The position numbers and the translations under genes are program-made. Shown in pieces: positions 18,548 to 28,192 of a stretch of DNA of 64,000 bases. Under the pieces are notes generated by a model that had not been told where the DNA came from, did not search any database, and saw nothing but the letters and a program-made list of their open reading frames with translations. The stretch is taken from positions 29,694-93,693 of the forward strand of contig JALEOU010000021.1 in assembly GCA_022766945.1 (NCBI GenBank), read 5' to 3'. This DNA comes from Fusicatenibacter sp. (GTDB lineage: Bacteria; Bacillota; Clostridia; Lachnospirales; Lachnospiraceae). Each line of letters begins with the position of its first letter. The stretch's first letter is position 1.

Positions 18548-19075
18548 ATGAAAAAAGAAAACAGAAAAGCCGCTCAGGAAAAAAGAGCCATGGAGCGAAA
18601 AAAACAGGAACAGAAAGCCCGATTTCGGAAAATGCTAAGTTATGCGGTACCGATTCTCTTCGTGGCAGTTATTGTGATTCTGATCATCTGGAGCGTTCTG
18701 GATGCCAAAAGTACCACCGATGGTTCCCAGACGACATCTGCCTCCTCTGTACAGGAATCAGAGAACGAAGATGCTTCATCCGACGGCACTTTCTATTCCA
18801 CGGATACTGCTCTTACCGTTCAGGATGGAGACACAGTTAATATTGATTATATCGGTTATGTGGACGATGAAGCCTTTGACGGCGGAAATACCAACGGTGC
18901 CGGTACTGACCTGGTGATCGGTTCTCATTCCTATATTGATGACTTTGAAGAGCAGCTGATCGGTGCTCACCCGGGAGATACCGTGGAAGTCAATGTCACT
19001 TTTCCGGATGACTATGGCCACGATCTTGGCGGAAAAGATGCTCTGTTCAAGGTAACCATCAACGGAATTTATTAA
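18548..19075 (+). CDS. Membrane-anchored FKBP-type peptidyl-prolyl cis-trans isomerase
   Basis: A lysine-rich N-terminus and a TM (YAVPILFVAVIVILIIW) precede an FKBP domain (GDTVNIDYIGYVDDEAFDGG...DALFKVTINGIY). The start is set at ATG 18548; the track starts at a TTG. Confidence 0.8.
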   Translation: MKKENRKAAQEKRAMERKKQEQKARFRKMLSYAVPILFVAVIVILIIWSVLDAKSTTDGSQTTSASSVQESENEDASSDGTFYSTDTALTVQDGDTVNIDYIGYVDDEAFDGGNTNGAGTDLVIGSHSYIDDFEEQLIGAHPGDTVEVNVTFPDDYGHDLGGKDALFKVTINGIY

Positions 19076-19078
19076 AGG

Positions 19079-19154
19079 AAAAACCCGGCAGGAAATCACA
19101 AGCCAGTCGTGTGTACCCACACTTCGCCCCATGATTTCCTGCCGGGTTCTTTTT
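19079..19154. terminator. Bidirectional terminator, long stem
   Basis: There are 17-bp arms: aacccggcaggaaatca 19082-19098 / tgatttcctgccgggtt 19132-19148. An A-run precedes it and cttttt follows. It lies between convergent genes. Confidence 0.75.
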
Positions 19155-19207
19155 CACTTTTCCACAATCCGGTAATCGTCTTCTACAATCATGATCTGGT
19201 ACATCGG

Positions 19208-19741
19208 TTATACCCTGACAATGTAATTTTCTTTTCTCGGCTTCGGATCCGGATACTCACAGTCCCGATATCCCAGAATGCAATGGCCAATGCCTACATA
19301 GTTTTCCGGAATTCCCCACTCGCGCAGCAGCGCTTTTCCTTCCTCACTTTCAAATTCTTCTTTCGCACGGTGAATCCAGCAGGAATCCACACCGACCGCA
19401 TGAGCAGCCAAAAGAAGCGCTCCCATCACAAGGGATCCATCCTCTACATAAGTTCTTCTTTCCGGATCCGCCAGAACCACCAGCACCGTTGGCGCACCGT
19501 AAAACGGATCCGAGCTGCTGCCCATCACAGCAGCATTCATCTTTGATAATTTTTCAATGAGCTCCGGTTTCTGAATTGCCACGATCACCGGAGACTGCAT
19601 TCCCATCCCGGTAGGTGCATAGGTTCCTGCCTCCAGGATCGCATTCAGCTGTTCTTCTGTTATCTGTTCTTTCCTGTACTTGCGGATGCTCCTTCTGGAT
19701 TTGATCGCCTGCAATACTTCTTCTTGTCTTCTGTCTTCCAT
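19208..19741 (-). CDS. Nitroreductase family protein
   Basis: It has RRSIRKY near the N-terminus and the size and pattern of FMN nitroreductases. The RBS is aaggagg. Confidence 0.85.
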   Translation of the reverse strand: MEDRRQEEVLQAIKSRRSIRKYRKEQITEEQLNAILEAGTYAPTGMGMQSPVIVAIQKPELIEKLSKMNAAVMGSSSDPFYGAPTVLVVLADPERRTYVEDGSLVMGALLLAAHAVGVDSCWIHRAKEEFESEEGKALLREWGIPENYVGIGHCILGYRDCEYPDPKPRKENYIVRV

Positions 19742-19754
19742 GGTTACTTCCTCC

Positions 19755-20777
19755 TTAAGTCTGTTTTTGGTATATCTTTTTTTGTTCCTCTGTTAACCCG
19801 GTAAGAAAACGCCGCTTCTGCTCCAGAAAATCCCCCAGTTCCAGAAGGGTATGATACAAAAGTGCTCTGCTCTCAAACTCCGGCCTTGTCACCGGAAGCG
19901 GTTCTTTCCGATAATCCGAAAGCATCTGTTCCAGCTGCTCCAGCTGAAGCTTTGGAATATTTCGTTCTGTAATATAATTGCTGGTGTTTTTCAGGAAATC
20001 CGCAATTTTTCCCGCCTGTACCGGCATGGTACGGATTTTTCTCATTTCGTGATGCAGATTGTGCAGAATGCTTGCCTGACGGCTTCTCATCTCAATATAG
20101 GCGATATAGTATCCCGGGTGAGAAGCATACGTGTTCTCCTGATACTCATCCGCCCGCAGTCTGGACAGCGCCAGATGGTGCTCCAGCGCAGCAATTTCCG
20201 CCCAGACAGTCCCATTGCTTTCCTTTTGCATCAGATAATCGGCCAGCTCCAGCAGAATTTTCTGCAGACTTTTCTCAATCTCACGCAGATCCCGGTCCAG
20301 CTGTTCCCGGTTTCCGCGGTAATTGTGAAACTGATTAATCGTCATCGCCACTGTAATACCGATCACCACCAGCAAAAACTCATTGAGCACCGCGCCCGGC
20401 TCGAAATTATGGGTTGTCATGAAATGTGTCCCGATCACCGCATTGACCGAAATCGTACTTTTCCAGTCTGCCGCAGAACTGATTACTACCAGCAGCAGCA
20501 GAAAAACGGCATAAGCCACCAGACGATTCTCCATCTTCCCAAACGTCAGCCAGCAGAGAATCACCGTCACTCCATAGGAAAGCAGACGGCTTACCGCCAG
20601 CTTGACCGTTGCCCATTTTGTTCCAAAAATGGTCAGCAGTGCGATAATACCAGCGGAACTTTCAAACTGCAGATGCAAAAGATCCGCAATCAAAATAGCC
20701 GCTACGCTGCTCACCATCAGCCGGAGTCCAAACACCAGATGTCGTTTCCATTCCCATACCTTCTCCTCTTTTTTCAT
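19755..20777 (-). CDS. Aromatic acid exporter (ArAE/FUSC-like) family membrane protein
   Basis: The N-terminal half has about 5 TMs and the C-terminal half is a cytoplasmic helical domain. The start is set at ATG 20777 (GGGAGGAAG upstream). Confidence 0.7.
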   Translation of the reverse strand: MKKEEKVWEWKRHLVFGLRLMVSSVAAILIADLLHLQFESSAGIIALLTIFGTKWATVKLAVSRLLSYGVTVILCWLTFGKMENRLVAYAVFLLLLVVISSAADWKSTISVNAVIGTHFMTTHNFEPGAVLNEFLLVVIGITVAMTINQFHNYRGNREQLDRDLREIEKSLQKILLELADYLMQKESNGTVWAEIAALEHHLALSRLRADEYQENTYASHPGYYIAYIEMRSRQASILHNLHHEMRKIRTMPVQAGKIADFLKNTSNYITERNIPKLQLEQLEQMLSDYRKEPLPVTRPEFESRALLYHTLLELGDFLEQKRRFLTGLTEEQKKIYQKQT

Positions 20778-20829
20778 ACTGCAGCTTCCTCCCAATCCAT
20801 TTTTTATGCTGCAAAATGCCTTCGATCTG

Positions 20830-21033
20830 CTACATTTGTTTTCTTACAATCCGGTATTCATCCCCCAATTGATAATACGGGCAGTTCACAAACGTATTGG
20901 TCATAAAGTGTGCCATCTCATCCTCATCCAGATCGACCTCGCAGGTATAGCACTCATATTCTTCATCATACACATAATTTCCACAGGACTCACAGTTTCC
21001 GCTTTGGTGTTTTGATGTCTTGTTTTTGCTCAT
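20830..21033 (-). CDS. Small Cys-rich zinc-ribbon-like protein (DUF6472-like)
   Basis: It is 67 aa with CESCGNYVYDEEYECYTC...NCPYY. RBS GGAGGA lies before ATG 21033. The family name is from memory. Confidence 0.6.
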   Translation of the reverse strand: MSKNKTSKHQSGNCESCGNYVYDEEYECYTCEVDLDEDEMAHFMTNTFVNCPYYQLGDEYRIVRKQM

Positions 21034-21051
21034 CGCACTTCCTCCCCGCAC

Positions 21052-22254
21052 TTATTTCTCATCGCAAACCTGGAAGATATAAAATTTCAGATAATAAGAC
21101 TCATCTGCCGCCCAGAGAATCGGATGATCCGGTGCCTGGGTGCGGTATTCCACCTGCCGCAATCTCTTGTGAACGTTATGTGCTGCCTGATTGATTGTTT
21201 TTGTGAAGAGTTCATAATCGATAAAATGAGAGCAGGAACAAGTCGCAAGATATCCTCCGTCTCTGACCAGCTTCATACCTCTCAGATTGATTTCCCGGTA
21301 TCCCTTGATGGCATTTTTGACGGAATTTCTGGATTTCGTAAAAGCCGGCGGATCCAGAATCAGCACATCAAATTTCTCCTGCTGTTTTTCCAGCCTTGGA
21401 AGCAGTTCAAACACATCCTCACACAGAAAAGTGACCCGATCCTCCACACCGTTTCGTTTTGCATTGATTCTCGCCTGCTCCACACCGGTCTCTGAGGCAT
21501 CCACACCGATCACTTCTCTCGCTCCGCCAAGGGCTGCATTGAGAGCAAAGGATCCGGTATGAGTAAAGCAATCCAGCACCCTGGCACCCTGACAAAGCTT
21601 CTGAACCGCCAGCCTGTTATATTTCTGATCCAGGAAAAAACCTGTCTTCTGTCCTTCCTTTACATCCACCAGATAACGCACCTGATTTTCTGTGATTTCT
21701 ACCTGCGTATCAAACGGCTCAGAAAGAAATCCCTTGGTTCTTTCCATTCCTTCCTGTTCTCTTACCTTTGCATCACTGCGCTCATAGATTCCCCGGATCC
21801 GGACTCCGTCTTCTTTCAGAACCTCGCAGAGAAGGCGAAGAATGGTATCCTTCATTCGGTCAATTCCAAGTGCCAGGGACTGAACCACCAGCACATCTGA
21901 AAACTTATCCACCACAAGTCCCGGCAGGAAATCTGCTTCCCCGAAAATCAGCCGGCAGCTTGCCGTATCTGTCACCTTCTTTCGGTATTCCCAGGCATCT
22001 TTTACTCTCATTCTCAGGAATTCCTCATCAATTTCCTGATCCATGTTTCTCGTCATCATACGGATCCGGATTTTGGAATTCTCATTGATAAATCCTCTGC
22101 CCAGCGGATATCCGTCAAAATCACGTACCAGAACAATCTCTCCGTTCTCAAAACTTCCCGTAATCGCCGCGATTTCATTGTCGTAGATCCAGGCTCCTCC
22201 GGCTTTCAATGCGCGTCCTTCTCCTTTTTTCAGAGTAACTATTGCATTGCTCAA
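21052..22254 (-). CDS. Class I SAM-dependent rRNA methyltransferase with PUA domain (RlmI/RlmK-like)
   Basis: It has VLDCFTHTGSFAL (SAM site), DPPAF and an N-terminal PUA-like region (AIVTLKKGEGRALKAGGAWIY). I prefer TTG 22254 (GGGAGGA 7 nt upstream). The alternatives are ATG 22311 and 22368. Confidence 0.8.
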   Translation of the reverse strand: MSNAIVTLKKGEGRALKAGGAWIYDNEIAAITGSFENGEIVLVRDFDGYPLGRGFINENSKIRIRMMTRNMDQEIDEEFLRMRVKDAWEYRKKVTDTASCRLIFGEADFLPGLVVDKFSDVLVVQSLALGIDRMKDTILRLLCEVLKEDGVRIRGIYERSDAKVREQEGMERTKGFLSEPFDTQVEITENQVRYLVDVKEGQKTGFFLDQKYNRLAVQKLCQGARVLDCFTHTGSFALNAALGGAREVIGVDASETGVEQARINAKRNGVEDRVTFLCEDVFELLPRLEKQQEKFDVLILDPPAFTKSRNSVKNAIKGYREINLRGMKLVRDGGYLATCSCSHFIDYELFTKTINQAAHNVHKRLRQVEYRTQAPDHPILWAADESYYLKFYIFQVCDEK

Positions 22255-22271
22255 TCTCTCATCCTCCCATC

Positions 22272-22304
22272 GTACATTCTCTATAATTGTACATTCTCTA
22301 TAAT
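22272..22304. repeat. Perfect 16-bp direct repeat, 17-bp period (gtacattctctataat x2)
   Basis: Copies lie at 22272-22287 and 22289-22304. The repeat spans the stop codon (22298-22300) of the radical SAM gene and the region upstream of the methyltransferase start. Confidence 0.9.
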
Positions 22305-23227
22305 CCTTCATAGTCAAATTCCGGAATAAAGCTTTCCCTGGCTGTTTCCCCTTCCTGGATATAGGCATTTATGACACCCATCTCCAGCGTATAATCGATC
22401 AGCCGCTCATATTCTCTTCTGGTCACCTTACGGTTCAGAGGCGAAATTCCGGATACCTGTGCAAGCGGTGTATACTGACTCATCAGACTCAGATAAACCT
22501 GGTTTCCGTATGTTTCGTAGACATATTTCACAACCGCTTTTGCATTTTTGACGGCACCCGGCAGCAGAAGATGCCTTACAATCACTCCCCGCTTCATCAG
22601 TCCGTTCTCTTCTATGACAGGCCGGGGCTGCTGCCGTACCATCTCTTTTAAAGCAGCCATGGCTATTTGGGGATAATCACCGGCCTTTGAATAGTTTTGT
22701 GCAAGATCAACATCCATGTATTTGAAATCGGTCAGATAGATGTCAACAAATCCTTCCAGAGACTGTAATGCCTCCACGCCCTCATAGCCTCCGCAGTTAT
22801 ACACGATTGGAAGACTAAGTCCCCCGTTTTTCGCCTGTTGGATTGCTTCCCGGATCTGCGGGACATAATGGCTTGGCGTCACCAGATTGATATTGTTTGC
22901 TCCCTTTTCCTGCAGCTCCAGAAAAATCTCTGCCAGACGTTCCACGGTTATTTCCCGGCCGGTTTCATTTTTTGCAATCTGAAAATTCTGACAGTAGATG
23001 CATCTCAGATTACATCCGGAAAAGAAAACCGTTCCGGACCCTTCTCTGCCGGAGATACAGGGTTCTTCCCAGTAATGCAGCGCAGCCCTAGCGGCCAGAA
23101 TCTTTGAAGAAACCCCGCAGTATCCTGTTTTTCCTTCTGCCCGGTTCGCCCTGCAGTTTCTCGGGCAGATGCTGCACGCCTCCATGTCTGTCTGCTCTTT
23201 AGTAAGCAAGGATTTCATAGCCGTCAT
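22298..23227 (-). CDS. Radical SAM protein, PflX-like (putative activating enzyme)
   Basis: It has CSICPRNC near the N-terminus and the radical SAM motif CNLRCIYCQN. The start is uncertain (23227, 23218 or 23185). Confidence 0.8.
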   Translation of the reverse strand: MTAMKSLLTKEQTDMEACSICPRNCRANRAEGKTGYCGVSSKILAARAALHYWEEPCISGREGSGTVFFSGCNLRCIYCQNFQIAKNETGREITVERLAEIFLELQEKGANNINLVTPSHYVPQIREAIQQAKNGGLSLPIVYNCGGYEGVEALQSLEGFVDIYLTDFKYMDVDLAQNYSKAGDYPQIAMAALKEMVRQQPRPVIEENGLMKRGVIVRHLLLPGAVKNAKAVVKYVYETYGNQVYLSLMSQYTPLAQVSGISPLNRKVTRREYERLIDYTLEMGVINAYIQEGETARESFIPEFDYEGL

Positions 23228-24074
23228 CTGTCACTGCCACCGTAACTTCCCACTGCGCAGAGGGTGCTCCATCATCCGTATAAACCGTCCAGTCATTGTC
23301 TTCATCGATAAAGATTTCATCCGTTCCCAGATTAATCATCGGTTCAATGGTAAATACCATTCCCGGTACAAGCAGCATTCCGGTGTCACGGCGCGTCACA
23401 TAGCTGACAAAAGGATCTTCGTGGAATTCCAGACCTACCCCATGACCTCCGATATCCCGCACCACGCGATATCCCTGACTCCGGGCAAATTCATTGATCA
23501 CGGCACCCACATTTCCAAGGCGGTTGAAAGGACGTACTTCCGAAAGTCCAAGCTGAACAGCCTTCAGGGTATCCTCCACCAGTTTCTTTGTCACTTCATC
23601 CACATTTCCTATACAGAACATGCGGGAGGAGTCCGAATAGTATCCTTTATAGATAGTAGAAACATCTACATTAATAATGTCCCCGTCCTGCAGAATCTCT
23701 TCCTCACTGGGAATTCCATGGCAGACCGCATCGTTGATGGAAGTGCAGACACTCTTTGGAAATCCCTCATAATTTAACGGAGCAGCAATTCCGCCGAGCT
23801 CTTTCGTCTTCTCCGCTACCAGACGGTCGATCTCTTCTGTGCTCATACCTGCACGTATATTCTCCGCCACATAATCCAGCACCGCAATGTTTACCTTACC
23901 GCTTTCCCGGATTCCATCAATCTGATCCGGGCGCTTGATTATTTTTCTGGGCGGAATCTTCCATCCTTTCATCTGGAAACAACGAATCTTCTCATCCAGT
24001 TCCATGTGACATTCCTTATATTTTTTCCCGCTGCCACACCAGCAGGGATCATTTCTGCCGATTTTTTTCTGCAT
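23199..24074 (-). CDS. map: Type I methionine aminopeptidase with N-terminal SEC-C zinc motif
   Basis: It has PCWCGSGKKYKECH, FPKSVCTSINDAVCHGIP and HGVGLEFHE. Confidence 0.93.
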   Translation of the reverse strand: MQKKIGRNDPCWCGSGKKYKECHMELDEKIRCFQMKGWKIPPRKIIKRPDQIDGIRESGKVNIAVLDYVAENIRAGMSTEEIDRLVAEKTKELGGIAAPLNYEGFPKSVCTSINDAVCHGIPSEEEILQDGDIINVDVSTIYKGYYSDSSRMFCIGNVDEVTKKLVEDTLKAVQLGLSEVRPFNRLGNVGAVINEFARSQGYRVVRDIGGHGVGLEFHEDPFVSYVTRRDTGMLLVPGMVFTIEPMINLGTDEIFIDEDNDWTVYTDDGAPSAQWEVTVAVTDDGYEILAY

Positions 24075-24260
24075 TTATATTATCTCCTGTTCTCTGTGAA
24101 AAAGTTCTTCACTTTATACTTTACCACACTCCTGAAATTCTGCAAGTCAAACTCTTGACCTTGGTTTCCCTCTTCACAGCAGCAAAAGTCCGGCGCGACG
24201 CTGTTTTGTGTCGATACCGGACCTTTTCTCTTTTATGAATTTGTGCTGTACTTCCTTTTT

Positions 24261-24689
24261 CTACAGAAAACTTTTCAGTTTTTCGATATTGTGTTCTTCA
24301 AATTTCTGCAGCTGTTCCATCATATCTTTGATTTCCTTCTCTGCCTGATTGCATTCTTTTCGTTTTTTGATTGCATCGATCACACCCATACTGCTTCCCC
24401 TGATCATCATTTCCGCGATGTGGGATACCGACTGGTCAGTCATTGTCTGCACCTGAATTGCCAGATACGTCCGAAGCTTTTCCATGGCGCTGATGCCTTT
24501 TTCATCGTGTCCCTTCTCATGCAACATTTTTTCTGCCGTCATGTGAAATTCTTCATAGCCCTGAAGCTGTATTTTCAGATGTTCTCTCATTTTTTCGTCT
24601 TTCACAATTTCCATAAGCTGACGGATGGTATTGACTCCCATCTGAGAATTCTGATAAATAAAGTTCAGAAGTACTGCGTTTTCGTTCAT
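24261..24689 (-). CDS. Hypothetical all-helical (four-helix-bundle-like) protein
   Basis: It is 142 aa, charged and helix-rich, with RBS aaaaaggag before ATG 24689. I recognised no family with confidence. Confidence 0.5.
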   Translation of the reverse strand: MNENAVLLNFIYQNSQMGVNTIRQLMEIVKDEKMREHLKIQLQGYEEFHMTAEKMLHEKGHDEKGISAMEKLRTYLAIQVQTMTDQSVSHIAEMMIRGSSMGVIDAIKKRKECNQAEKEIKDMMEQLQKFEEHNIEKLKSFL

Positions 24690-24941
24690 ATAACTGCTCC
24701 TTTTTTCTTTTGTTCTATCTTCAAGTATGACTGATTTTACAAACTTTATACATACTCTTTTTGTCTTTTTGCCCAAACTTTACCATTTTACATAGATTTA
24801 ACACTATTTTGTTTTGATGTGTGTTATTTTTTATCTGTAAGTATTTCATTGGTAATGATTCAAAATTTACATTACTGTTATTTTGAATAATTATCCAAGC
24901 TGCAGAAAATAATAAGAAAGTGATCAAAAGAGGGAGAATTT

Positions 24942-26702
24942 ATGGACATTTTCGGAATATTGACTTTTATCGGCGGTCTGGCTATGTTCCTGTATGGTAT
25001 GAGTTCTATGGGAGACGGGCTGACGAAACTATCCGGCGGAAAACTGGAGCATTTACTGGAAAAGCTGACCTCCAATCGTCTCATGGCTGTACTTCTCGGT
25101 GCAGGAGTTACTGCTGTCATTCAATCTTCATCTGCCACCACTGTCATGGTCGTTGGTTTTGTCAATTCAGGGATCATGAAACTGTCGCAGGCAGTGGGCA
25201 TTATTATGGGCGCCAATATCGGTACCACGATTACCTCCTGGATCTTAAGCCTTACGGGAATTGAAAGCAGCAATGTTTTCATCAAAATGCTGAATCCTTC
25301 TTCCTTTTCCCCTATCCTTGCAATCATCGGTGTATTTTTACTGATGATGTCCAAAAACGACAAAACGAAGAACATTGGTACACTGCTGACCGGATTTTCC
25401 ATCCTGATGTTTGGAATGAGCACGATGAGCAGCGCCGTATCGCCTCTGGCTGATGTTCCGGAATTTACCGGAATTCTGACAAAATTTTCCATGCCTCTGC
25501 TCGGCGTACTGGCCGGCGCTTTTTTGACTGCTGTTATTCAGAGTTCTTCGGCTTCTATCGGTATCCTGCAGGCCCTCTGTGCGACCGGCTCTGTCAGCTA
25601 TGCCGTTGCGATTCCGATTATCATGGGACAGAACATTGGTACCTGTATCACCGCTTTGCTCTCCTCCATCGGAACGACACGCAATGCAAAGAGAACTGCC
25701 ATGGTTCATCTGTATTTTAATGTGATCGGAACTCTTGTTTTCCTGGTACTGTTCTACGGAATTACTTCTTTTGTACATCTGCCGTTTCTTTCTGAGGCGG
25801 CAAACGCAGCGGGCATTGCCATCATCCATTCCGGTTTCAATATTTTTGCCACCCTTGTTCTCCTGCCTTTCGGCAATGGGCTTGTCAGTCTGGCAAAACT
25901 TACGATTCCGGACGGACCGGAGGAAAAAGCAGACGAAGCCTGTCAGATGCTGGACCGTCGTTTTCTGGACAGTCCTGCTTTTGCGCTCACGCAATGCAAA
26001 CATGCGGCTGCTGCGATGGCAGACCTTACCGAACAGGGACTTTACAAATGTATCAGCCTCCTGAACAGCTACAGTTCCCAGACAGCCGAAGAGGTAGAAA
26101 CCCTTGAATCGCGGGTGGATCACTATGAAGATGCGCTCGGTACTTACCTCGTACAGCTCAGCAGCAAAAAGCTTTCCCGCAAGGACAGCCAGACACTTTC
26201 CATGATTCTTCACTGTATCGGTGATTTTGAACGAATTTCCGATCACACAGTAAATGTCATGCAGGCAGCAAAAGAAATGCACGAAAAATCCCTGCATTTT
26301 TCTGATGACGCGGCTGAGGAACTTTCCATCTATGGAAAGGCTGTGGAAGATATCGTAACGATGTCTTTTCAGGTGTTTAAAGATGAAGACCTGCCAAAAT
26401 CCAAACAGGTGGAACCTCTCGAACAGGTCATCGACGGACTGAACGCGCAGATTAAGAACAATCACATTCAGCGTCTTCAGAATGGTAAATGTACCATTGA
26501 GCTTGGCTTTATCCTTTCAGATGTCATGACTGATTTTGAGCGTGTCTCGGATCATTGTTCCAATATCGCAGCCTGTGTCAGCCAGGTACAGAACGGCGGT
26601 TTTGATACTCATGAATACCTGCGGACAATGAAAAGCGGAACGGATATTCAGTTTGAGAAAGAATATCAGGCATTGACAGAAAAATACCGGCTTCCGTCAT
26701 AA
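24942..26702 (+). CDS. Na/Pi cotransporter family protein with C-terminal PhoU-like domain
   Basis: It carries the duplicated motif IQSSSATTVM / IQSSSASIGIL. The C-terminal half has the paired PhoU signatures GDFERISDH and DFERVSDH. Confidence 0.9.
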   Translation: MDIFGILTFIGGLAMFLYGMSSMGDGLTKLSGGKLEHLLEKLTSNRLMAVLLGAGVTAVIQSSSATTVMVVGFVNSGIMKLSQAVGIIMGANIGTTITSWILSLTGIESSNVFIKMLNPSSFSPILAIIGVFLLMMSKNDKTKNIGTLLTGFSILMFGMSTMSSAVSPLADVPEFTGILTKFSMPLLGVLAGAFLTAVIQSSSASIGILQALCATGSVSYAVAIPIIMGQNIGTCITALLSSIGTTRNAKRTAMVHLYFNVIGTLVFLVLFYGITSFVHLPFLSEAANAAGIAIIHSGFNIFATLVLLPFGNGLVSLAKLTIPDGPEEKADEACQMLDRRFLDSPAFALTQCKHAAAAMADLTEQGLYKCISLLNSYSSQTAEEVETLESRVDHYEDALGTYLVQLSSKKLSRKDSQTLSMILHCIGDFERISDHTVNVMQAAKEMHEKSLHFSDDAAEELSIYGKAVEDIVTMSFQVFKDEDLPKSKQVEPLEQVIDGLNAQIKNNHIQRLQNGKCTIELGFILSDVMTDFERVSDHCSNIAACVSQVQNGGFDTHEYLRTMKSGTDIQFEKEYQALTEKYRLPS

Positions 26703-26762
26703 AAAACAGGGGCATTCGCCGGACAGTTGCAAAAACTGCCGGGCGGATACCCCTGTTTTTTG
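26701..26762. terminator. Bidirectional terminator between convergent genes
   Basis: The sequence aaaaaacagggg...cccctgtttttt has an inner stem ccggacagtt/aactgccgg. Confidence 0.8.
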
Positions 26763-28019
26763 TTACTCTGCGTCATTCGTCAAATGGAATTTATCCAGCA
26801 GATAGAATGCAAGACTCAGCAGCATGCCTACCACACATGCGAGCACCATGCCTGTCAGCTGAATGTTTCCGATTTTCACGGCAATTCCGGAAAGTCCCGC
26901 CACAAAAGTAACGGATGTCAGAATCAGATTCTGGGATTTGCCGTAATCTACATGAGAATCTACCAGAATCCGTATACCGGATGCTCCGATCATACCGTAC
27001 AGCAGGAAAGAAATTCCACCAATCACCGGTCCCGGAATCGTCTGAATAACAGCTGACAGCTTTCCGATGAAAGAGCATACGATCGAAATAACGGCTGCGC
27101 CTGCAATGACACGGACACTGTATACCTTGGTGATTGCCATCACGCCGATGTTCTCACCATAAGTCGTCGTCGGGACAGAACCGATCAGACCGGAAATCAT
27201 CGTGGAGAAGTTATCCCCCAGCAGCGTTCTGTGCAGCCCCGGATCCTTGATAATGTCTCTGCCAATGATCTTGCTTGTTACCACCTGATGGCCGATGTGT
27301 TCTGATGTGATTACCAGAAGAACCGGGAGAATGATCAGAATCGCCTGAGCGTTAAACTTCGGAGTCTGAAAATTGGGAAGCTCAAAAACCGGTGCAGATG
27401 CAATCACAGAAAAATCGACCATGCCGCAGAACACCGACGCAATATATCCCGCAATCACAGCGATCAGAATCGGAATTACCGATAAAAATCCGCGAAATAC
27501 CACCGATCCGAATACCGCTACGCCCAAAGTAATCAAAAAAACAATCACATTTTCCGGAACCACCTGTTCCTCGAGCAATCCCGCATTGGAAGCTGCAGAG
27601 CTGGATAATTCCAGTCCGATCAGTGCCACTACCGGTCCCATAGCTGCAGGCGGGAGCACCACATCGATCCAGTCTGTTCCAAACTTATAGATCAGTCCCG
27701 CAAGAATACAGCCCAGGAATCCGACCACGACAAATCCACCCAGCGCGTAAGGATATCCCATCTGACTGATGACAATTCCTGCCGGAGCAAGAAATGCGAA
27801 ACTCGAGCCCAGATAGGCCGGAGCCTTTCCCTTTGTTATCAAAATATACAGAAGTGTTCCCACTCCGTTCATGAACAATACAATCGCCGGATTAATTCCA
27901 AACAAAAACGGTACCAGTACGGATGCTCCGAACATCGCAAACAAATGCTGAATACTGAGCGGTACCAGCAGCTTAAACGGCACCTTCTCGTCAACCTGAA
28001 TCACTTTTCCACTTTCCAT
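26763..28019 (-). CDS. Uracil/xanthine permease (NCS2 family)
   Basis: It is 418 aa and polytopic, with QHLFAMFGASVLVP and TTTYGENIGV, typical of UraA/PyrP. Confidence 0.85.
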   Translation of the reverse strand: MESGKVIQVDEKVPFKLLVPLSIQHLFAMFGASVLVPFLFGINPAIVLFMNGVGTLLYILITKGKAPAYLGSSFAFLAPAGIVISQMGYPYALGGFVVVGFLGCILAGLIYKFGTDWIDVVLPPAAMGPVVALIGLELSSSAASNAGLLEEQVVPENVIVFLITLGVAVFGSVVFRGFLSVIPILIAVIAGYIASVFCGMVDFSVIASAPVFELPNFQTPKFNAQAILIILPVLLVITSEHIGHQVVTSKIIGRDIIKDPGLHRTLLGDNFSTMISGLIGSVPTTTYGENIGVMAITKVYSVRVIAGAAVISIVCSFIGKLSAVIQTIPGPVIGGISFLLYGMIGASGIRILVDSHVDYGKSQNLILTSVTFVAGLSGIAVKIGNIQLTGMVLACVVGMLLSLAFYLLDKFHLTNDAE

Positions 28020-28079
28020 AATTCTCCTTCCTCCCGCTTTTCCTTTGATACAGTTTTGTCGTTACTGCACATTTCCCTC

Positions 28080-28108
28080 ATTATAACTCCGATTGATTGC
28101 AGTGTAAA
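28080..28108 (-). promoter_or_regulatory. Sigma-A-type promoter of the permease gene
   Basis: The minus strand reads TTTACA (28103-28108), a 17-nt spacer, then TATAAT (28080-28085). Confidence 0.5.
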
Positions 28109-28133
28109 GATAATCCTGTGTCACTGTATGGGC

Positions 28134-28181
28134 AAAAAAATACCACAACAGATTTCCCTTTCGGGGAATCTGTTGTGGTAT
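28134..28181 (-). terminator. Rho-independent terminator of glgD
   Basis: The stem is ataccacaacagatt / aatctgttgtggtat, followed by 7 U on the minus strand. Confidence 0.85.
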
Positions 28182-28192
28182 CAAACAGGGGC

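Noticed and set aside
28020-28079. A possible PyrR-binding attenuator in the uracil permease leader.
   Set aside because: The leader is short (about 55 nt after the -10). It lacks the PyrR loop consensus (ARUCCAGAGAGGYU-like) and has no terminator/antiterminator pair.
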